From NCBI GenBank assembly GCA_947389015.1, contig CANDVA010000001.1, positions 68,142 to 132,141 on the forward strand: a stretch of 64,000 nucleotides of DNA. The letters run 5' to 3'. The notes below the pieces were generated by a model. It was not told where the DNA came from, ran no database searches, and worked only from the letters and a program-made list of their open reading frames with translations. Shown here piece by piece: positions 58,643-64,000 of this stretch. The translations under genes were made by a program, and so were the position numbers. The first letter of the stretch is position 1, and each line of letters opens with the position of its first letter. Source of the DNA: an uncultured Clostridia bacterium. GTDB taxonomy: Bacteria > Bacillota > Clostridia > Oscillospirales > Ruminococcaceae.

Positions 58643-59956
58643 ATGAGAGAGTACAAAACGCAAATGGAAGCGGCGAAGAAAGGTATAATCACCCCCGAGA
58701 TGAAAACCGTCGCCGAAAAGGAATATACGGACGCGGAAACTATCCGCGCCAAGGTCGCGGAGGGGTGCGTCTGCATACCCGCGAACATCAACCATGCCGC
58801 GCTTTCGGCGGAGGGTATCGGCTCGGGACTGCGCACCAAGATCAACGTAAATCTCGGCATTTCGGGCGACGCCAAGGACTACGATCTCGAAATGCAAAAG
58901 GTGGATATGTCAATAAAATTCGGCGCGGAGGCTATTATGGACTTGTCAAACTACGGCAAGACCAACACGTTCCGCCGTGAGCTTATCGCCAAGTCGCCCG
59001 CCATGATCGGCACGGTTCCCATGTATGACGCTATCGGTTATCTTGAAAAGGATTTACTGGAGATCACCGCCGAGGACTTCCTGAAGGTTGTCCGCGCTCA
59101 CGCGGAGGAGGGCGTGGACTTTATGACCATTCATGCGGGGATAAACCGCCGCGCAGTCGAGGCATTCAGGCGAGATCCGCGCAAAATGAATATTGTGTCG
59201 CGCGGAGGCTCGCTGCTGTTCGCGTGGATGATGATGACGGGCAATGAGAACCCGTTTTACGAGCATTACGACGAGGTTCTGGATATCCTCCGAGAATATG
59301 ACGTGACTATTTCGCTCGGCGACGCGCTCCGTCCAGGCTGTATCGACGACAGCACCGACGCGGGGCAGATATCGGAGCTTATAGAACTGGGAGCGCTTAC
59401 GGAACGCGCTTGGGCTCGCGACGTTCAGGTAATGGTCGAGGGCCCCGGGCATATGGCTATGAACGAGATCGCCGCGAATATGCAGCTCCAGAAGCGAATC
59501 TGCCACAACGCGCCGTTTTACGTTCTCGGTCCGCTCGTTACGGATATCGCGCCGGGCTACGATCATATTACCTCGGCTATCGGGGGAGCTATCGCGGCGG
59601 CTTCGGGCGCGGATTTTCTGTGCTACGTCACCCCTGCGGAGCATTTGCGCCTGCCCGATCTTTCGGATGTTAAGGAGGGCATAGTCGCGAGCAAGATAGC
59701 CGCTCACGCCGCGGATATCGCGAAAGGCGTTCCTCACGCGCGCGACAAGGACAACGAAATGGCGGCGGCGCGTCACGCGGTGGATTGGGAGCGTATGTTT
59801 GATATCGCGATAGACCCCGAAAAGGCTCGCGCTTATTTTGAGAGCACTCCTCCCGCCGACCGTCACACCTGCTCCATGTGCGGAAAGATGTGCGCCGTGC
59901 GTACTACCAATATGATCTTAGAGGGCAAGGAAGTCAAGTTCTGTTCGGAGAAATAA
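58643..59956 (+). CDS. thiC: Phosphomethylpyrimidine synthase
   Basis: [20 protein letters not shown] start, C-terminal CSMCGKMCA Fe-S motif, 437 aa. ATG at 58643 follows GGAAAGGAAA; the ORF-track extension from 58445 overlaps the membrane gene. Confidence 0.95.
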   Translation: MREYKTQMEAAKKGIITPEMKTVAEKEYTDAETIRAKVAEGCVCIPANINHAALSAEGIGSGLRTKINVNLGISGDAKDYDLEMQKVDMSIKFGAEAIMDLSNYGKTNTFRRELIAKSPAMIGTVPMYDAIGYLEKDLLEITAEDFLKVVRAHAEEGVDFMTIHAGINRRAVEAFRRDPRKMNIVSRGGSLLFAWMMMTGNENPFYEHYDEVLDILREYDVTISLGDALRPGCIDDSTDAGQISELIELGALTERAWARDVQVMVEGPGHMAMNEIAANMQLQKRICHNAPFYVLGPLVTDIAPGYDHITSAIGGAIAAASGADFLCYVTPAEHLRLPDLSDVKEGIVASKIAAHAADIAKGVPHARDKDNEMAAARHAVDWERMFDIAIDPEKARAYFESTPPADRHTCSMCGKMCAVRTTNMILEGKEVKFCSEK

Positions 59957-59968
59957 GGGGACTACACT

Positions 59969-60436
59969 GTGTCGGAGAGTATTGATACATTGTTTGAGCG
60001 GCTGTTTGATAAAAGCAACAGCACCGCATATGCCGCGCTGCAAGACCTGCAAAAGGAAAGCGAGCGTTCCGACAGGGTTTATCGGTATATGGACAAGCTG
60101 TTTGATATGCTGGACAGCGATAATTCCTATATCCGCACAAGAGGACTGACGCTTATAGCCTATAATTCCAAGTGGGATAAGGATAATAAGATCGACGAGA
60201 TCATTGACGGATACCTTAAGCATATAACAGACGTTAAACCGATCACCGCAAGGCAATGCATTAAGCTGCTGCCGATGATCGCAAAGCACAAGCCCGAATT
60301 AAAGAGCGGCATTGTTACCGCGCTGAAAAAAGCGAATATTTCCGGTTATGCCGACAGTATGCGGCAATTGATTTATAAGGATATTCAAAAGGCTGTTGCG
60401 GAAATTGAAAAGCCGGAACAGGGGTGGGAGGGATAG
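59969..60436 (+). CDS. Hypothetical helical-repeat (HEAT/ARM-like) protein
   Basis: 155 aa, all-helical pattern, GTG start. No firm family assignment. Confidence 0.45.
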   Translation: MSESIDTLFERLFDKSNSTAYAALQDLQKESERSDRVYRYMDKLFDMLDSDNSYIRTRGLTLIAYNSKWDKDNKIDEIIDGYLKHITDVKPITARQCIKLLPMIAKHKPELKSGIVTALKKANISGYADSMRQLIYKDIQKAVAEIEKPEQGWEG

Positions 60437-60439
60437 CTC

Positions 60440-61045
60440 ATGAACAGAAAAATCTCGCAAATCGGTGCGGGTATTGTTACTGCGGCAGTTTTTCTTTTCG
60501 CCGTATTTCTGATAACCGACTTTAGTTTCGGTTCATATTTTGTCTGTATGTTTTTACCTATCGGATATATTATGATGTCTGCGGGATTTCAATACGAAAG
60601 CGACACGGAACATAGGGTCGCGGCAAATGTCGGAATGATCTTTTCCGCAATATACGCCACGCTGATATTTCTCGTGTATTTTGCGCAGACGACAAACGTC
60701 CGCTTGGACGATATGAACGAACAAGCTATGAAGATACTTGACTTCAAGCGCGGGGGGCTGATTTTCAGTTACGATCTGCTCGGTTACGGAATAATGGCTC
60801 TGTCCACATTTTTTATAGGTTTGACGATTAAGGCGAAATGCAAAGCGGACAAATGGCTGAAATATCTTATGATGATACACGGAGTATTTTTTATCAGCTG
60901 CTTTATAATGCCGATGACGGGCGTTTTCAGCATTATGTCCGACGGCGGGACAAGCATTGGCGGCGTTGCTGCGCTTGTGTTCTGGTGCATATATTTTCTG
61001 CCGATAGGTGTACTGTCGTTTATGCATTTCAAAGCCGACGGGTAA
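60440..61045 (+). CDS. Hypothetical membrane protein (6 TM)
   Basis: 201-aa hydrophobic ORF, 3 nt after the previous gene. Confidence 0.6.
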   Translation: MNRKISQIGAGIVTAAVFLFAVFLITDFSFGSYFVCMFLPIGYIMMSAGFQYESDTEHRVAANVGMIFSAIYATLIFLVYFAQTTNVRLDDMNEQAMKILDFKRGGLIFSYDLLGYGIMALSTFFIGLTIKAKCKADKWLKYLMMIHGVFFISCFIMPMTGVFSIMSDGGTSIGGVAALVFWCIYFLPIGVLSFMHFKADG

Positions 61046-61119
61046 CTCGGATTATATTATTAAATTCAAATACAACGGCTATTACAAAACGGTAACAGCG
61101 GAGAAAATTCTCCGATATG

Positions 61120-61281
61120 ATACACGCCGCGCGGGGAGCGCCGCGGCGGCGATATTTTCAGCGAGGGAACGCGTGTTTCGCGGTGAGAGGATACTTTTGA
61201 GTATCGACCGACAAGTGGGATAACTCTGCTTGTAACGCATTGCGCGGCTGAAAATAACGCCGCGCGGAAAGAGGTATCATT
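61120..61281 (+). promoter_or_regulatory. Structured GC-rich 5' leader of thiW-thiM-thiE, candidate atypical riboswitch
   Basis: It carries nested and alternative helices, and GCCGCGC occurs twice, both complementary to GCGCGGC. THI-box-like fragments (GGGGAGC, AGCGAGGGAA, GGUGAGAGG) are present, but there is no complete THI-box. Confidence 0.3.
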
Positions 61282-61824
61282 ATGAAAAACACAAATGTAA
61301 GAAAGCTCTGTATGGCGGCGTTTCTGACGGCGCTGGCGGTCGCGGGATCGATGTTCTCATTCCCTATCGGCGTATCAAAATGCTCGCCGATACAGCATAT
61401 GGTAAACATTATTGCGGGCGTGTACTTAGGACCGTGGTGGGCTATGGGCGCGGGCTTCTGCGCGGCGCTTATACGCAACTTCACGGCGCTCGGCTCGCCG
61501 CTCGCGTTCCCGGGGTCTATGGTCGGGTCGTTCCTGTGCGGCGCTATGTATCATTGGGTATTCAAGAAAAAGCCGCTTTATTTCAAACTTCCCGCAGCGT
61601 ATCTCGGAGAGCTTGTCGGCACGTCGGTGATAGGCGGTATGCTCGCGTATCCCGTCGCAGCGTTCGTTATGGGCAACAAGGAGGCGGCGCTGTTTACTTA
61701 CGTTATACCGTTCTTCGTGTCCTGCTCGGTCGGCACCGTTATCGCGGCTGTGCTGGTTACCGCTCTGAAACGCGTCAAGGCGATAGACAGGATTTTCGGC
61801 GAGGACAATGCGGTCAAAAATTAA
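61282..61824 (+). CDS. thiW: ECF transporter S component ThiW (thiazole precursor)
   Basis: 180 aa, 5-6 TM segments, FPIGVSKCSPIQHMVNIIAGVYLGPWWA block as in ThiW. Adjacent to thiM-thiE. Confidence 0.8.
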   Translation: MKNTNVRKLCMAAFLTALAVAGSMFSFPIGVSKCSPIQHMVNIIAGVYLGPWWAMGAGFCAALIRNFTALGSPLAFPGSMVGSFLCGAMYHWVFKKKPLYFKLPAAYLGELVGTSVIGGMLAYPVAAFVMGNKEAALFTYVIPFFVSCSVGTVIAAVLVTALKRVKAIDRIFGEDNAVKN

Positions 61825-61845
61825 GTATAAACGGACGGTGAAAAA

Positions 61846-62649
61846 ATGTCACTGCAACAGGATTTTTCGGACGTGATAACCGCGCTGAGGGAAAAACGCC
61901 CGCTGGTTCACTGCATAACCAACTACGTCACCGCGGGCGATACCGCGAATATGCTGCTCGCCGCGGGAGCGTCGCCGATAATGGCAGACGACCCCGCCGA
62001 AGCAGCTGAGATCACCGCGCAGGCAGACGCGCTCCTACTGAATATGGGAACGCTCTCCGAACATCACATATCGGCAATGCTCAAGGCAGGCTCGGCGGCG
62101 AATAAAAAGGGAATTCCCGTAGTGCTCGACCCCGTGGGCATACAGCTTTCGGAATTCCGCAGAACGGCGGCTCGGAAAATATTTTCCGAGGTGAGGATAT
62201 CGGCGGTGCGCGGAAACGTCTCCGAGCTTACGTTTCTGGGAGGGTACTCCGCGGTCGGCGCCCACGGCGTCGACTGCGACCCGAACGACGAGGGAACGTC
62301 GCTTGCCGCGGCTTCCGATGCGGCGCTGAGATACAACTGCGTATGCTGCGTAACGGGAGCATCCGATTACGTAACCGACGGCGACAGAGCGGCGAGGCTG
62401 CTCAACGGCTGCACCGCGCTTAAACGTGTGACGGGCGCGGGCTGTATGACGACCGCTCTTATCGCGGCGTTTTCGGCGGTCTGCGATCCGTTTTCGGCGG
62501 CGGTTTACGGCACGGCTTTCATGGGGATATGCGGCGAACTTTCGGAGTATACCCCTTCGTGCCGTTATATGGGTAGCTTCCGCTCGGGGCTTTTCGATAA
62601 CGCGGGGAGGAGCGCGGAAGAAATTTCGGTGCGTATACGAGGTGAATAA
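61846..62649 (+). CDS. thiM: Hydroxyethylthiazole kinase
   Basis: PLVHCITNYVTAGDTANMLLAAGASPIMA and VLDPVG motifs. Confidence 0.93.
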   Translation: MSLQQDFSDVITALREKRPLVHCITNYVTAGDTANMLLAAGASPIMADDPAEAAEITAQADALLLNMGTLSEHHISAMLKAGSAANKKGIPVVLDPVGIQLSEFRRTAARKIFSEVRISAVRGNVSELTFLGGYSAVGAHGVDCDPNDEGTSLAAASDAALRYNCVCCVTGASDYVTDGDRAARLLNGCTALKRVTGAGCMTTALIAAFSAVCDPFSAAVYGTAFMGICGELSEYTPSCRYMGSFRSGLFDNAGRSAEEISVRIRGE

Positions 62650-63283
62650 AATGGACAAGAAATGCATTGACTATACGCTGTATCTGGTAACGGACAGAAG
62701 GCAGATGAGCAGTGAGACCGTGGAAAAATCGGTCGGGCTTGCGATAGAGGGCGGTGCGTCGGTGGTGCAGCTCCGCGAAAAGGACTGTATCTCGCGCGAG
62801 TTCTATGAGCTTGCGCTGCGCGTGAAGAGTATCACCGCGCCGCGGGGCATTCCGCTTATAATCAACGACCGTATAGACATCTGCCTCGCCGCGGACGCGG
62901 ACGGCGTTCACCTCGGGCAGAAAGACCTCCCGTGCAGGGAGGCGCGTAAAATCCTGGGCAGCGACAAGATAATCGGCGTGTCGGCGGCTCTCCCCGAGGA
63001 GGCTCGTCAAGCGCAGGCAGACGGCGCGGACTATCTCGGCATAGGCGCGGTATTTGCGACGGGAACAAAATCCGACACGCGACCCGTCACGCCCGAGATC
63101 ATCCGCGAGATACGCGCGGCGGTAACTATCCCTTTCGTCGTTATCGGCGGCATAAACTCGGAGAATATCAAACAATTGTACGGTCTCGGGATAAACGGCG
63201 CGGCGGTGGTCTCGGCGGTAGTCGCGCAAAGCGATATTACAGCCGCGGCGAGGACTATGCGCAAAGCGGCGCAAGGCTTATGA
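62642..63283 (+). CDS. thiE: Thiamine-phosphate synthase
   Basis: LYLVTD, VQLREK, INDR and GVHLGQ.D motifs plus GGIN. The start is 62642 or 62651. Confidence 0.93.
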   Translation: MNKMDKKCIDYTLYLVTDRRQMSSETVEKSVGLAIEGGASVVQLREKDCISREFYELALRVKSITAPRGIPLIINDRIDICLAADADGVHLGQKDLPCREARKILGSDKIIGVSAALPEEARQAQADGADYLGIGAVFATGTKSDTRPVTPEIIREIRAAVTIPFVVIGGINSENIKQLYGLGINGAAVVSAVVAQSDITAAARTMRKAAQGL

Positions 63284-63789
63284 CGTATTTTTATTTTTTC
63301 AAGAAGAAACAACGCGGACAGCGGAGGAAGCTTGCCGCAATGCTTCGGAATATTGAGAGCTTTGTTCCCTATGAGCACAGAAATACGGGCAGGGAGTACG
63401 AGTGCTTTAAAGTACCAAGCGATATGTTTATAGAGTATCCGAAGACTTCCTCTGAAATCAAGACAGAATTCTGTCGAAAATGGCTGAAAGCCGCCGAAAG
63501 ATTTATCGAGCAGAGACCTGAAGATATCGGTTTCTGCAAGGTCGTCGCAGTGATATGTATGCCGAATTTGTGGTGCTCGGAAATAACGATATTCTATGAC
63601 GAAAATTATTACAGCACGTTTTTCGACAGACATAATTCGTATCAGACGTGGACTCCTATTCAAGAGGGACGTTCCCTGCTTGCGGAACGAAATATCGTTT
63701 CGGCGCTGTCCGAGCGCGGCTATCGAGAGGTCATCGTTGACGAGGACTATACTTATGAGGGAGAGCTTTGGTTTTACGGCGAGCTTTGA
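63280..63789 (+). CDS. Hypothetical protein (169 aa)
   Basis: The ORF overlaps the thiE stop (ATGA) and has no recognisable motif. The true start may be the internal Met (MLRNIESF). Confidence 0.5.
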   Translation: MTYFYFFKKKQRGQRRKLAAMLRNIESFVPYEHRNTGREYECFKVPSDMFIEYPKTSSEIKTEFCRKWLKAAERFIEQRPEDIGFCKVVAVICMPNLWCSEITIFYDENYYSTFFDRHNSYQTWTPIQEGRSLLAERNIVSALSERGYREVIVDEDYTYEGELWFYGEL

Positions 63790-63791
63790 AT

Positions 63792-63830
63792 AAAAAACGG
63801 CTTGCTCCGATATGGGACAAGCCGTTTTGA
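63792..63830. terminator. Bidirectional terminator hairpin
   Basis: AAAAAA, then stem ACGGCTTG, 13-nt loop, stem CAAGCCGT, then TTT. It lies between convergent genes. Confidence 0.6.
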
Positions 63831-64000
63831 TTATTTGATGGAACGCGTGGACTCCTTGACAACAATCTTCCCTGTAAGAATACGCGTTTTCTTGGGCTTC
63901 GATGGATTCTCAACACGCTCGAACAACGCATTCAGCGCTTCTCTCGCCATTTCCTCCGAATTTACCTGTATCGTTGTGATAGATGGATCCGATATTTCGG
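63831..64000 (-). CDS. LacI-family transcriptional regulator, C-terminal fragment (continues beyond window)
   Basis: Hand translation of the minus strand gives EISDPSITTIQVNSEEMAREALNALFERVENPSKPKKTRILTGKIVVKESTRSIK*, the typical LacI/GalR C-terminal pattern. Confidence 0.7.
   Translation of the reverse strand, partial: EISDPSITTIQVNSEEMAREALNALFERVENPSKPKKTRILTGKIVVKESTRSIK

Overview
This 64-kb chromosomal segment looks like an anaerobic Firmicute (Clostridia, Oscillospiraceae/Ruminococcaceae-like). That is inferred from gene content and Gram-positive promoter, SD and terminator signals; no search was run. Coding DNA is roughly 48-65% G+C by hand count, with several 30-43% G+C islets. Most of the window is housekeeping: yajC, a TetR gene plus bioY, an ABC-2 exporter, purD, a THUMP RNA methyltransferase, a transglutaminase/DUF58 pair, pgi, rpmF, dnaE, pfkA, a THF riboswitch plus folT, proC, ppiB, a NodB deacetylase and a bactofilin. 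It also holds a complete F1Fo ATP synthase operon (atpZ-I-B-E-F-H-A-[insert]-G-D-C), dprA, a GH13 enzyme, two large GGDEF/EAL c-di-GMP proteins and three tandem BspA-type LRR paralogues. Further on are a GH27/Zn-ribbon/GH26 galactomannan operon, XRE regulators and a thiamine cluster (TPP riboswitch-thiD ... thiC ... thiW-thiM-thiE). I saw no rRNA, tRNA, CRISPR, transposase, integrase or recognisable defence genes, so I cannot name a clear novel system. The best leads are: (1) two compositionally foreign membrane-protein genes wedged between atpA and atpG; (2) a structured, non-canonical leader in front of thiW-thiM-thiE; (3) paralogous uncharacterised membrane proteins next to thiD and thiC, inside a 17-gene block behind a single THI-box; (4) an orphan promoter-terminator unit with three C-rich motifs (sRNA candidate); (5) the LRR triplet with a conserved 11-nt overlapping junction, followed by a GTTGAAAA/TTTTCAAC motif array; (6) an AT-rich secreted-protein/membrane-protein islet. 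All functional calls come from motif recognition by eye.
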